Source: Piromyces finnis finn (taxonomy: Eukaryota > Fungi > Neocallimastigomycota). Taken from it: 64,000 nt of DNA. Below are positions 1 through 14,630 of the stretch, piece after piece (the stretch's first letter is position 1; each line of letters opens with the position of its first letter). The notes beneath the pieces are model-generated. The model was not told where the DNA came from, searched no databases, and was given only the letters and a program-made list of their open reading frames with translations. The DNA lies in assembly GCA_002104945.1 (NCBI GenBank), contig MCFH01000010.1:372001-436000 (forward strand), in the 5' to 3' direction. The position numbers were made by a program, and so were the translations under genes.

Positions 1-429
1 TAAGTGTTTACAAAAAAAAAAAAGGTTTATGATAATAATAATTATAATGTTCTTATATTATTAATAATAATTTAATAATAATATATAAATAAATATAAAA
101 ATTAGCAATATAAGAAACTTTTTTTTTTTAATTTTTTAACAATATGACTTTCAAAACTCTACGTATAAACATTCTATATTTTTTTTTCTATTAAATATAG
201 GTTTCTTTCTCGTTAGAATTGATGTTTACAATCATCAGTTATTGTCTGATAAAATGCAAATATACAAACATTAACATATTAATTATTGATACAAAATAAA
301 AAATGTTTTAAAAAATATAGTTTATTAAGAAATATTATTATAATAAGAATTAAATAGATATATATTTTTATATTATTAATACTTTTTGAATAATTATTTA
401 TATTGTGAATTCTTTTTCTACATGTTTTA

Positions 430-531
430 CTTATATATATATTAAAAAAACTTATTCTATTTCCTAAGAATATATTAATACTTATATATATAATAAAAAA
501 ACTTATTCTATCTTCTAAGAATATATTAATA
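430..531. repeat. 51-bp tandem duplication
   Basis: Two adjacent copies, cttatatatatattaaaaaaacttattctatttcctaagaatatattaata (430-480) and 481-531, differing at about 3 positions. Confidence 0.8.
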
Positions 532-1548
532 AAATAATTATTTTTATATTTATCACAATAACATTAAAATTTGAATTAACTTTATTATAATTTAATTATA
601 AAGTAAATACATTTAAAATATGAATATTAACATTAATCATTATTAAAATAGGAAGAGTTTGAGATTTTTTATTTTATTTTATTTTATTTTTTTTTAAAAA
701 AAAGTGATAGTAAAAAAAAAACTTGAAATATGTATTAAATTTATTCTATAATTTAACATTTCATTTTTCTTTTTCTTTTTTTTTTTTTTTTTCTTTGAAA
801 AGTTATATAAAAATTATAAATTATAAGTAATCATTATGTATTTACATTCATAACACTCATTCATTATATAATTATATAATGATACAATAATACATTGATA
901 CATTTTTTACTTTAAAAAAAAAATAAAAAGTATAGTTTTTTTTCTTTTCAATTAGTAATAATTAATTTAAAAATATTATTTATATATTAAAATTTTAAAT
1001 TTTTTTTTATTAAATTAAGCATTCATTTATGGAATTCTTTTTTTTTTTTAAAAAAAAAAAGAAAATATATAAAAATAATTTTAATATTATGATGCAAACA
1101 ACCATTTTGATATATGTGTCATATAATTAAAATAAAAGAATAAGAAAATCTTTTCAACGAGATAATATCGAATCATTTTTTATAAATGAAAGATTAAAAT
1201 ATATAATTTATAAGAAATAAATTTATTTATGCAAATATTTATTAATTAAAAAAGTTTTATAAAGTGTCACTTTAATTTTTAAGCATAATAGAAAATAATA
1301 AAAATTATAAAAAATTGTAATTTTATAATCTTATTAACAATATAGAATATCTTAGATACATCATTATATCATTATATATAGCAAGAAAAATCAATTTCCT
1401 TTTTTTTTTTATTATTAATAATTATTTAATTTTTGTTATAAATAATAGTAACAATAATATAAAATAGTAACATCAATAACAACAATAAAAAATAACAACA
1501 ACAGCAATACAAAACAATAGAAAACAAGAAAGATAAAGCAAATAGAAA

Positions 1549-2654
1549 ATGGCAAATATATCATCATCAAATATAATACGAATTTCAATATTAATTGCAA
1601 TCATTATAATATTTATGGTACGAGAAGTTTATCATGGATATTTGATTGAATTGGATAGATTTCAATCTTCTACTGTTCTACAAGGTAATATAGCTACACG
1701 TTGGATTTTAAATGAAGATAAGTTAAAATGGTTTAAAAGAAAGGAGGATAGTAAATATGTAAGTTTTCAATGAAATTTCAGTATACCAATAATTTTGAAG
1801 TTGTTTGTCCATTTTTAAACTTTATCCATTTATTTTATTTATAGTATAATGTGTTGCATTTAGGTTGTGGTACAGGTGATAAGCAATTAACGTATAGACC
1901 ACCTTTAGAAGCCTATAAATATTATAAAAAACACTTATCAAAATATGCAAAGGATAAACCTATGAGATTAATTGTTTTTTCAGATAATGAACGTTTTGCA
2001 ATAAATAGAAATTGGTAAATTAAATATTTAATAGATACTTTTAATATTATAAAATAAATGCAAAGGTAATTAATATTAAGTATTTTTAAATAATATATCT
2101 TAAAGTGGTTTTCAATGGCATAATTTAACTATTAAAAACAATATACCAGAGCCTTCTTTTCATTATCATTCTATACCAATTCAATTCTTACCCACTAAGG
2201 ATTTAGAAGGAATCCATTCAGTTGATATGGTAATAGGTAAAGTATATTACTAATATATATATATATAATACTATAATAGTAGTTGAAAAAATAATAAATA
2301 GTCTTATTAAAATATATTAATAAACTATGTTAATTATAAATGTATTGTATACAAAAATTATATATAAAAAAATATCATTTTCTATATCAATAATAAAATA
2401 ATGCATAATAATATATTATAGATTCAATATCATATACAGCACCATCTACACATATTCCAAGAAATCTTAATCTTTTTTCAAATATTTTACCATCCGGTGG
2501 TGTTTATTTTATTGCTAGGTCAAATATCTTGAGCAATAAAGTTCGTCTTAATGATACTACAAAAATCGATAATCAATTAGAAAGTATAAAATATATAAAG
2601 AAATATAGTTTTAAGAAATGTCTAAAAATGGGATGCATATGGAGATTGAATTAA
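1549..2654 (+). CDS. Class I SAM-dependent methyltransferase-like protein with N-terminal signal anchor (4 exons, 247 aa)
   Basis: Exons 1549-1758, 1845-2014, 2106-2236 and 2422-2654 join through GT-AG introns in phase (744 nt). The protein has hydrophobic ISILIAIIIIF, motif I YNVLHLGCGTGD, a motif II-like SVDMVIDSISY and a motif III-like NILPSGGVYFI. Confidence 0.7.
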
Positions 2655-3890
2655 TCTAAAAATAAAAATGATGTAATATTAAAAAAGTATAGAATTAAAA
2701 AGAATAAAATAATAATATTATTATTAATTATTAAGAAACTCAATAATATTAATAACAAAGAAAATGGTATTATTAAATAAATAATATATCAACTGATAAT
2801 AATTGTAATATAAGTAATTTTTATTAAAATATATATATATTATAGATATATATAATATTGATAAATAAAAAAAGAGAAATTATAGCCATCAAAATAAAAT
2901 AATTTAAACTATCCAAAAATATTTATGTAATTTTCATTCATATGTATATAAATTCATGAAGCTGTATAAAATGTGTTTTATAAATATATTGAAAAGTATG
3001 ATCTTAAAATTAATTTTCTTGTATAAAATGGTTTACTAAAGTAATATAACATTATTGTAATAATACAGATTTTGATATAATATAAAGTATTCGAAAGTAC
3101 ATTTTAAAATTATAGTAAATAATGTAATGTAATTTATAATAGAAAATGTATTACTTTTGTATTTTCATGAATAATATCTAATGTAGAAATAAAGAATCTA
3201 TATGCTTACTTTTAAAATAGACAATAATCATATTATCTTTTAAGAATAAAAAAATAAATAAAAATGTTATTTATCTCTAAATATTTTTAACCATTGCCAG
3301 ATAATTAAAATTTTAATTTATTAAGCCATCCTTAATATTTTAATTTTTTGTGAAATAAAATCATATTAAATTTTTATTAAATCATGGATAATCCTTAATC
3401 CTTAAATATTCTATTTAATTATTATTAAATTAATAATAGTATTTAAATGTCAAATTTTTAGTAGTATAATTACAATTAATTAAATAAAATATAATAAACA
3501 ATAATAATATAAAATAAATTATTATTTTGTGTTATACAATTTTTCTTTATTTTTTTTTGTATTTTTATATTTAACTTTTTGGATTTTATTTTAAAAAATA
3601 AAATAAAACTCAATTAAAATATATACTATATAAAAAAAAAGTAATAAAATAAATTGTAAAAAAAAAAAAGTGTAAAGTCTGAAAAACAAAAATAAAATAA
3701 TAATAATAATAAAAAATAGCAATAATAGTAAAAATAATTAAAAGTAACAATAAATTGAAAATAACCAAAGAAATTATTCAAATATATTTATCATTTGTTA
3801 GTTTACTTCTATATAATAAAGGTAAATGTAAATACATGCATTTTTTTTTTTTTTTATTTATTATTTTTCATTTTCTTTTATTTTTTTATA

Positions 3891-3928
<38 letters not shown>

Positions 3929-4357
3929 TTTCAATATTAGACGGAAATTTTAATTATAAGTAAATAATAAAATGAAATGTTATATTGAAAAAAAAAAAAG
4001 AATAAAATCATTAGTAAGAAAAGATAATTTTAGTATTATTTAAAATAGAATTATTAGTTATTTCCATGTTATAGCCTTTAGTATTAAAATTGTTATACTG
4101 AATGATACAAATAATAAAATAATAATAATATTAATAATAATAATAATACATTTATAATAATATATATATAAACAAGAAAAAAAGAATCAAATGAACAAAT
4201 AATGTAGAAATAAAAAATATTAAAAAACTAAAATTATATTTTTATTTAAATGTACATAGTATACATATTGTTAATAAAAAAGTATTACTAATTATAAATT
4301 ATATTTATACCATATTATACTATTGAAATAATAACTACAATAATAATAAAAAGAAAA

Positions 4358-6066
4358 ATGAGTGCCTTAACTGTTATTAAGTTTTACTGTGATGATGAAA
4401 TTAAAAGAATTCCAATGAACAGAAGTTTGGGAGAATTAACGTATGCTGTTTTTTTCAAATTAATTAAATATTAATATAAATAATAAATACATATTGTCAA
4501 AATATAAAAATAATAATAATTTATTTTTTCAATTATGATTATTATATTTTGTAAATAAAAGTTACGACGAACTCTGTGTTATTGTTCAAAGAGTTTGGAA
4601 ATCAAAGTTAAGTACCGATATTAATAATCTTGTTTTAAAGTATGTTGATGATGAAGGTGACCAAATTTGTCTTGAAAGTGATATTGATGTTACTCATGCT
4701 TTAGGTTTCTCTTCTTGCTTGTAATTGAATATATTTTTATCAATAACATATTATATATATATTTTATATAATAATACCTAATAAATTTATTGAATTTTAA
4801 TATTTATAATTACAGAAAGGTTCACGTTTATGATAAAGAAACTATTCCAACTAATTCAGGATCAGTAATCTCAAACTTAACTTTAGAAGAAAAGTCACTT
4901 GAATCTATTAAGAAAGTTGTTGAAAATTCTCGTGATACTTTAAATAAGGTTCTTGAACAATTAGAAAAGGTTAAAATCGAACAAAATAATACACCAGCTG
5001 AAAAGGAAATTAAGCCACTTTCTAATGATGAATTAAATGAATTCCTTGGCGAACAAGATGAAACTGCCACTAAGACAACAGCTGAAGGTAATCTATAATT
5101 TTTTTCTTTTTTAAGATTATCATTTAATATTAAAAATATATATAACTAATTACTCTATTTATTTTTAAAATTAATTTTTATGTTTTGAAAATATAATAAT
5201 AATTATAATTATCTTTAAATTTAAAAGAAACTGAATCAACTCCAGCAGTTCCTGCTGATCAAACCTTATCCTCTGCTCCTCCATCAGCAGTTGCAACAAC
5301 TAACATTGCACCAGCTGCTCCACCAGCCACAGAACAAACTAATCTTCAATCAGCTAGTACTCACCAAGGATCATTAGTTCAAACTCCAAACTCTATTCAC
5401 CCAACTTTAACTCCACAATTATCATCATACAATCAAACTACCACTCCACAATTAAGTCAAGCTTTACCAGCTAGTGCTGTTAGTAATCAATCATACGCAT
5501 CCCCATCAACTGCTTATCCACCATCAAGCTCTCAAGCCACTGCTACACCAACTATGAATGGTCAATCTGCTTATCAAAAGACAAACTCTTATTCCAGCAA
5601 TATGTCTACTCAACCAGTAAGTCAAGCTTCTGCAACTTCAAGTAATATGTATGCTTCTGCTCCACCAACATCCTATGGTACATATTCTTCTACTACATCC
5701 GCACCATATGGTAGTACTAGTGCAGCTACTAGTGTTGCACCATCAACTACAGCTGCTAATCCATATGCTCCAACTGCAGCCTCTACTGCTTCAAATTCAT
5801 CATCTTATCAAAGATATCCACAAACCCCAACATATGGTAGTAGCGGTATGACCGGATCCACTGCTCCACCACCACAAAATAATGCTTATGGCAATCAACA
5901 AAATATGCAAAAACCATATGGTAATTCACCATACGGTGCTCCATATGGTGGTACTTCTTCTTCTACTTATGGTAATAATCCATACAATGCCTATAACAGC
6001 CAAGCTCAAAATGCTTATTCTAGACCAAATAATGGTTATAGCCAAAATCCAAACCCATATTATTAA
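4358..6066 (+). CDS. TFG: PB1-domain protein with coiled coil and P/Q/S/Y-rich tail; TFG-like
   Basis: Exons 4358-4440, 4562-4720, 4816-5087 and 5228-6066 are in phase. N-terminus IKFYCDDEIKRIP...TYDEL...QRVWKSKL...LKYVDDEGDQICL matches the TFG-type PB1 pattern (IRRIP..ITYDEL..MQRVF..KYKDEDGD). It is followed by a short heptad segment and a tail with PYG repeats ending NPNPYY. Confidence 0.7.
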
Positions 6067-6621
6067 ATAAATTAAATTCTAAAGTAATAAATGGTAATAT
6101 AATATATTTATTCATTTAATTTATTGATATAATTCACATGTAAAAAAAATAAAATAAAATTTCAGTAAGCATTTACCATAGTATATAAACATATTATTAT
6201 TTTTAAAAGTTCGATAAATATAATAAGAATATAAAAACTTTTCTTTTCTTTTTTTTTTTTTTTTTTTTCAAGGTTTAATATTTAATTAATTTGAAATTAT
6301 TAAATAAAAGGAAAAAAAAAAAAAAATAAAGGATTAAAATAAAACTTATTATATTAATAAATACATATGTAAAGGATGAAAAAAAAAAAAAGAATAAATG
6401 ATAATAAACAAAATACAAATATTTTATAATAGAATAAGAATAAATAAAAAGAAAAAGAAGGGAACTAACTTGTTAAAAATAAATAAAAATTGTGATATTA
6501 AACAAATAAAAAGAAAATTAATTTAAAATACTTTAATGGAAATTACCATATTATATCACTATAGAAAACAAATTTTTAACATAAAAAATGCTAATTTTTT
6601 TTCTTTAATTTTATTTTAAAG

Positions 6622-6654
<33 letters not shown>

Positions 6655-7234
6655 GCTAAAAATAATAAAGTTTCTAAAAAGTTTTTCTTATATTTTATCT
6701 TCTTTATAACAAGAAAAAGCAATTATAATAATAATTGTTCTAATAATAATAATATATATTGAGGATAATTAATTACAATTTTAATTAAAATGATTTTTAA
6801 CTATTTTATTTTTTTAACTATTATTCTATATCTTCTCAAATAGTTTAAAAAAAATAAGCATCATATTTTTTTTAATGAAGAAAGTTTACATTCTTAATCT
6901 TTATATTTTATAATTAATAAAATAAAATATTATTACTATTTCTATTATAAATATTATAATAAACCACCGTAACATCAAAACCACTTATATTAATTTAAAA
7001 AAAATAATAAAAATAATTAAAGTATTTTTTTTAAAATTTATTATAATATATTACTTTTAAAGATTTGAATTTTTTTAACCAATCAAATTTATATTATCAA
7101 TAATTTTTTTTTTGTATGAATTATTTTTTATTTTTTTTTTATTTTTTTTAACAAATAAACCGAATTATTGTTAAAAAAAGCAATAATCATTTGAATATAT
7201 ATATATTTTAGAAAATAAAATAAAATTATTCAAA

Positions 7235-9143
7235 ATGTCTTCAGAATTATCTAAAGTAAATTTACTAATTAATATTAATTAATTCAAGAATATGTTTAAA
7301 AATTCAAAAAAAAAAAAAAAAAAAGAATTAATAGAAGGATAATGGTTATAAATCAATATTGATAATCTGGAATATTTATTTATTACTTATAATGGAAAAG
7401 ATAGTTGTCGTATGAATTTTAACTAATTAAAAGAAAATAAAAGATACACACAATAATAAAGAATATTATTAAACATATATTTTAAAATTCGTTAATGTGA
7501 CCCATTTATGTAAATTCAATAATATTCAGTTTATTATTATAATCAATTTTGAAATCTCAATTGAGAATAAATGAAAAAAAAAACTCTATTAATGATTGTG
7601 AAAAAGAAAGAAAACTATTGATATTAATAATAGAATTATTTTATATTATTATTATTATTTTTTAAAAAAATAATTTGTTTTTAAAATAACTTTTTTCAAT
7701 TTTAATAAAAAAAAAATAAAATTTTGAAATCGGCTATTAATTCACATCAATGTATATTATATTATTGAAATTCATTAATTAGGAAGTAATCTCAAGTTCA
7801 GAAAGTGAATATTCTGGAAGTGATTCAGAAATGGAAACTGGAAATGGCAACAAGTAATTAATATAAACTATAAATTTATTTTTTAGATAAATTAATATAA
7901 TTCTAAAATATAAATATAATCTTTATTATTTATACATTTTTATGTTTTATCTTTTAATTTATATTTCAATTTAATCTTTAAAAATATTCTAAAGTACTTA
8001 TAAAATACCAATGGGATATGCTAAAGAAAATGTTTTCGTAAATAAGAAATCATCTTTATTTGAAATGTCAAAATTAAAGAACAAAGAATTATTCCTTATT
8101 AGAGTTCCAGTCGATGTAATTAAAATACTTTCAATATAAAACAACAATAATAAGATAATAAAAAATATGTATTATATATTTAAAAGTATAGTTATTAAAC
8201 ATTCATTATATTAAATTTTAAATATAAGATTCCAGAATCAGTTCTTGACGGTTTGACCATTAAAATTGGTGATAATGTTAATGAAAGTAAACCATTAAGT
8301 AAAATTACTTTAGAAGGAAAGAAAAAGAGTGAAGATAGTGAATATGGTATTTTCCAAATTGATGCTTCAAGTGATAAGAATAGTAAGCAAAATTCAGATA
8401 TGTCACAATTATCTTGTATTATACCTGAACATAAGGAAAAGAATGATGATGGAACTCTTGTTATATGTAAGCTTTAGAATATTATTGACTTTTTTCCTAT
8501 TCTCCCATACTATTAATTAATATATGATAATGTGCTTATTTGGAAATTATTAATATAATTTTAAATACTTTTTAAATCAATTATGAATGTTATTGCTAAT
8601 TAAGCGGAAAAGCCATTCTCTCGTTTCTTTGTTGTTAAGCCAGTAGAAAAATTACCAACAACTGATGAATTAAAGGAAGCTGGATCTGCTCTTAAAGATT
8701 TACCATTTAAAATACGTGAACAACCAGAAGGTTTATCTATGAGTTTCACTCCATACGGTTTTAATACTGGTAATTAAAAATTATTTAGATAATTATAATA
8801 TGCCATTATAAATATTCAAATAGAAAGTTATAAAGTAATTGTAAAGCTATAAAATTAATATAAATAATATTATATCATTTTTTTTTTATTATTATTATTT
8901 TTATAATATATATATGTATTTATATGCTTAAATTCAGAAAATGAACCATTAGTTGAATCATTATCAAGATATGAAAAGTATAACATGGATGACAAAAAAA
9001 CTAAAAAGGACAAATCTAAAAAGGAAAAGACTGAAAAGAAAGATAAATCAGAAAAGAAAGCAAAAAAAGAAAAGTCAAAGAAGAGAAATAGAGAAGAATC
9101 AGAAAAGAAGTCATCTAACAAGAAAAAGAAGGAAAATAAGTAA
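7235..9143 (+). CDS. RPA34: RNA polymerase I subunit A34/PAF49-like
   Basis: Six exons in phase. Contains ELFLIRVPVD and EQPEGLSMSFTPYGF, both typical of the Rpa34 family, and a Lys-rich C-terminal tail (KKDKSKKEK...KKKKENK). Confidence 0.75.
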
Positions 9144-10088
9144 ACCATGAATTAACAAACCAAACAAAATTAAAGTATATCATAGAATTATCAAAATTTT
9201 AAGAACAATTTTAAGATCTAATTATCATTTTTTAATACAAAATTCTTAATAAAACCTTTTTAGTTATTTATAGATTATATATATATATAAATGCTTATCT
9301 TTAATGGACTATTTTTCATTTATTTATAATTGAGATATTTTAAAACCATAAAAAAAGTTCAATACAAAATAGAAATATATATATATTTTTTTTTAAAAAA
9401 AATTATGTATATTATATATATAATTTCATTTTCATTTAAAGTTTTTAATTTATAATTATATTTATCAAGGAAAAAAATTAATAAAAAAAAATTTAATATT
9501 TGTTTTTATTATTATAATATTTTATTTTTGAAAAAAAGGTGTTTGAAACAATTGTTATTAAAAAAAAAAAATGTAGAAATGTGTTAACACTATATATAAT
9601 TTATAGCAATGAGACAAACTTTAAATACTTTTTTGAATTAAATTATTTATAATTCCTTAAAAAAAAATCTTTTTTTTTTTTTTTTTTTTGTAATTTATTT
9701 GTAATTTCAATTTTTTTGTTTTTATTGTTTTTATTAATTATAATATATAAATATAAAATAAATATATAAATAAATGTTTGAATTTAACGACATTATAAAA
9801 ATAATGGTATGAAAAAGAAAAAAGAAATAATTAAAATATTAAATACTTATAACATTAAAATAAAAAATAATTATTTTTTAATTTTTAAATTATTTAAATT
9901 AAATAATAATAGTTATATATATATATATAAAACAAAACAATATACAAATATTTATAATATTTATAAATGCATAAAATGATTTTTTTTTTTTTTTACTCTT
10001 TTTTTTTTTTTATATTATCATTTATTGACTATTCTTTTAAAGTAGTGTATAATATTTATTATAAAACCTTGGCATATTTTCACCCCCC

Positions 10089-13000
10089 TTACTTTCTGGA
10101 AATTACTCTTAAAACCTTTAAGATATATTTATTTGTACTATCATATTTAAATCCATTTTCTTTAAATATCTTACTGTTATAGAAGTTGTGAATATTTTGG
10201 ATATTCATTTCTTTAGCCTATATTATTATAGTTTAATTAAATTAATAAATTGAATAATATAATAATTACTGTCGATTTTTTTTTTTTTTTTTTTTTTTTT
10301 TATCTTGATCTATTTTTATATATTTTATAGTAATACTGAATTATATAATTAATTGATTAATTACCTTCATTTCAAAGACTTCAGAATCAATTTGTACATC
10401 ATTTGGTAATTCTGATGTACCTTCACGATAACTGTATAAACGTAATTGTTCCTTGACTAAGTTCATTAAAATGTGGTATAATAATTCATCATTATCACTG
10501 CTAAAGCCAATATACTTAGCAAAGTGCTAATATTATATTTATTATTTTTGTGATATAATAATTATTATATTATTAATATTTACCTATTTTAATAAATCGT
10601 TAATATAAATATTATATAAATAAAACTTATATTTTACCTTTCTCATAGATTTTGTAACTGAATATTTTTGGGCATTAATGAAACTATTTAACATAACACT
10701 AGTAGCTACATTAACATCTTCAGATAATACATAATCTCTAAGATGCATACGAGCATGTGCTTCTGCCATTCTTACAATAGATTCCAAGTGTCTTACAGTA
10801 ATTGGAATACTATCACCAACCATAGATGCACGACGAAGATCTGAATATAAACTAGAAATTTTATCATGATCTAAAGATCCTATTTTTACTTGAACCTTAT
10901 CTCTTGCATACATAATATACTTTTTAAGTAAATCTTGTGGAATAATCTATAAAATCATTTAAAGTTTATAAATTAAATTTTTAATTATTATTTTTTATTT
11001 TAAATTAATGTATCATTATTGCTTTCTCATAAGACTATTATTTATAATTTTTTTTTTTTTTTTACTTACATCTGGATCAACACTTTCTGAAGTTTCTTCC
11101 ATATCTCCTTCCATAAATAATGGATGACTTCTTACATGACTATCTACAACAAATTTTGCTAACATACCATCAGTGATTGGATCAACATTATCCTTAACAA
11201 CACATAAAACATCAAAACGTGAAAGAATTGGTTCAGTAAGTTCAACATTTTGTGAAAATGGAATTTGTGAATTATATCTTCCACGAATTGGGTTAGCAGC
11301 AGCAATAATAGCACAACGTGCTGATAATGTTGTAACAATACCAGCCTTTGAAATAGAAATAGTTTGTTGTTCCATAGCTTCGTGAATACTTGTTCTATCT
11401 GCATCATTCATCTTATCGAATTCATCAATAAGGCATACACCTTTATCAGCTAAAACTAACGCACCACCTTCTAAAGTCCATTCTCTAGTAATTGGATCTC
11501 TTCTAACTGAAGCAGTTAAACCGACAGCAGAAGCCCCTTGACCAGTGGTATAAACAGCTCTATGTGCAGTTTTTTCAACGTATTTTAAGAATTGTGATTT
11601 AGCTGTACCTGGATCACCAAGCATTAAAACGTTTATATCACCACGAATTCTGTGCTTTCCGGCAGGATTCTTTGGAGTACCACCAAACATAGATAAGGCA
11701 ATTGCTGTCTTTATATCTTCATGACCATAAATAGATGGTGCAATACTTTTTATAATCTATTTTTTTTTATTATTATATATAAAAAATAATAACAAGAATA
11801 TAATTTATATAATAAAACCGTTTTTTTTTTTTTTTTTAATTTAAAATTTATATATTAAGTAGTCATTATAATACATTTTATTCAATATATCACTAGTTAC
11901 TTACTCTTTTACTAATTCTTTCGTCTTTAGATAATTTTAAAATTTCTTTTTTATCATCTTCAGTAAGTCTGAAACTTGCAAAAATATCTTGCTTCTTTGA
12001 TATATAATTGGCTTCAATAATAGTAGCAAATACTGGAAAACCATTCTTTGTATTTAGAGCTGCATCGAAGTTATTACGATAAATACCAGTTACTTCAACT
12101 TCTTCACCTGGTCTAGCAGAATCAATTAAATCCCATAATAAAATAACTTCACGATGACGTGGAAGTCTACCAGCTGGAACAGATCCTGGACTTTCTTGAA
12201 GTGTCATTTTTTGGTAATTTCTATATATAGTCTACAGTTTATTTTAAAAATATAATATATATTTTGTATTAATATTATTATTCTTTATGTATTATATTTT
12301 ATATGTCATATATATAAAAACTTACTTGTTCAGAGTTAACATTGAATGGACCTTTTGAAGAACAACTTGGACAATTTCTAATTCTAATTTCATTTGTAGT
12401 ATCTTGGTAAAATGGTCCAATTAAAGCTCCACATTTTGCACAATCATATTTTACATATTTAAGTTGAGAAAATACACCTGTACGTCGGGTAACGACACCA
12501 GAGATTCTTACTAAACAGTTTAAGTGATTTTGTCTAAAATGAATTAATTTTTAATTCAGTTATATATAAATTTATAATATTTTTAATTATATTACTTTAT
12601 ATATTAACAAATTATAAATTTAACTAAACTATATTAAATGATTATTGATTATAATAATAAAGTAAAAATAATAACCTTAAATCACGTAAAGAATCATTTG
12701 ATGGTAAATCTGTAATTCTAACGTGAATTTCACTTTTAATTCTTTCATAACCTTCATAAATTGAGTTTACGACTTCAAAAGCAACATTATCGAAAATTTT
12801 TAATACTTCTAAAGGCGAATTAGCTAAAAATACAGATAAAACTGGTTTTCTTAAACTAAGATGCTCAAAGGAAACTTCTAAACTTTCACCATTAGCCTCA
12901 CACATTTCCTTCATTTTTTGACCATATACAGATTCACCCTTTTCATTAATATATGTTGTTAAGAAATCGTGAAATTCTCTTTTGATAGCTTGACGAGGTC

Positions 13001-14312
13001 CTTCCATACTAATCCATTCTTCAAGAGAATGTCCCTTAATATCCTTTAATGATTCTAATGATGGCGCAGGAATCTTTTTAATATAATAAATATATTAAAA
13101 TTAAAGTCAATTTTATTTTATTATTTAATTATAAATAATACGCACTTCACTATCAACAAGCATATCATCATAAGCTTCATCAGCTTGGTGTCTTCTTCTT
13201 CTTACAAGCATAGAAGCCATATCATCATCATCATCTTTATTTTATTTATTATAATTATATAATATTTATTAATAATACATATAATAAATTTTAATTGAAA
13301 ATTTTGATTATAATAAAAAAGAAAGCTAATTCTTTTAAGTACTTACCATCAATAAAAGCAGCTGGAAGATGTCCTTCAAGTCTGGCTTTTTCTCTATCTC
13401 TTTTATTAAGTTTAGCATCTACAATAGCTCTTTCCCCAATATCAAGTTCATTGTATTCATTATCATCAATATCGACTGCTTCATAATGATCTTTTTTTGC
13501 ATTTTCTCGATAATCTCTATCAAATTAATAAAATGAAGAAACATTGATTTATATTAAATAATTAATGAATATGATGTTTGTATTTCAATTTATATCAATT
13601 TCTTATTATTTAAAATTAAGATAAAATAAAATAATTCAATGAATATATATAAAGAAAGTCATACTTTTCCATATTATCACCAAATAAATCAACACCTTCA
13701 TCATCTTCAAGTTCATCATCATCTGGTAAATCTTGATATTCAGATGGTAATTCATTGACTTCAAAATCACTATCTTCTGAAAATGGTGGTAAATCAGTTG
13801 TTGGTGGTGGACTACTTGATTCCACTGTCGCTGTTGATTCTAATTCATCTCTAGTTCTCTTAGAATTTCCTCTTGATGACTGATTAGTAGTATATTTTAT
13901 TTAAAAGAAAAATAAATATATATATATATATATATTAATTATTTTCTCGTTTCATTTCATTTATTTTCAATTATTAGATTATTAATTTTATATTTTTTTT
14001 TATTAAAAAGTCATTTACACATATATTATAATCCAAATAATTTTTAATTTTATTAAATTTCTGAAAATAAAATTATTGTACTTTATTATTATTAAACTTA
14101 TTTTATTTATTTTAAATTGAAAATAAATGCTATTAGATAATAAGGAATTTGATGAATTTTTATATTGTTATCAAATTTATTGCAATAAGAAATTTAATTT
14201 TTATTAATGAAATGTATTTTTTTTTTAAATATATAGAATTAAACAATTTAAATATATTTTTTATTTTTTAATTTACATATCGTTTGTTGAATTCTGAATT
14301 AACATTCTCCAT
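10089..14312 (-). CDS. MCM2: DNA replication licensing factor MCM2
   Basis: Multi-exon gene. Acidic N-terminal extension ([13 protein letters not shown]), Zn finger CAKC...CPSC, Walker [17 protein letters not shown], arginine finger SRFD and ITVRHLES. The 12-codon first exon (14312-14277) is inferred from a phase-0 GTAAAT donor and is less certain than the rest. Confidence 0.97.
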
Positions 14313-14585
14313 TCATTATAATAGTTTAATTAATTAAAAACGAAATAATTTTAAATTCATATGCCTATGTGAAATAATGAATTAACATTTACCATTTTAA
14401 TCAAATTATTAGGATATTGAATTTATTTGAAATTTGAATTATATAAAATGTAAGGTGGTTTAAATAATATAAATATGATATATTAATTGTTTAAATATTA
14501 TAATTTTTGTAAAGAAAGTCTTTATTTTTATAGCTATTTTTTTATTTGTAATATTTATAATAAAGTTTAAAATTATTAAATATAT

Positions 14586-14630
14586 AGAAAGACTTTTCTT
14601 TATTTTTCATGAATAAGGAAAAGTCTTTTT
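14586..14630. repeat. 17-19 bp near-perfect hairpin upstream of MCM2
   Basis: aaagacttttctttatt (14588-14604) pairs with aataaggaaaagtcttt (14612-14628). The single DNA mismatch is a U-G wobble on the + strand; loop tttcatg. Confidence 0.8.

Noticed and set aside
1845-2014. GT11 fucosyltransferase-like reading of exon 2 (YY...LIVFSD)
   Set aside because: No HxRRGD or C-terminal STF motif; MTase motifs I-III explain the protein better.
3755-3940. 61-aa ORF and similar F/I/Y/L-rich short ORFs (e.g. 9967, 20604, 54491, 62864)
   Set aside because: Translations of poly-T or (ATT)n intergenic sequence, with no codon or splice support.
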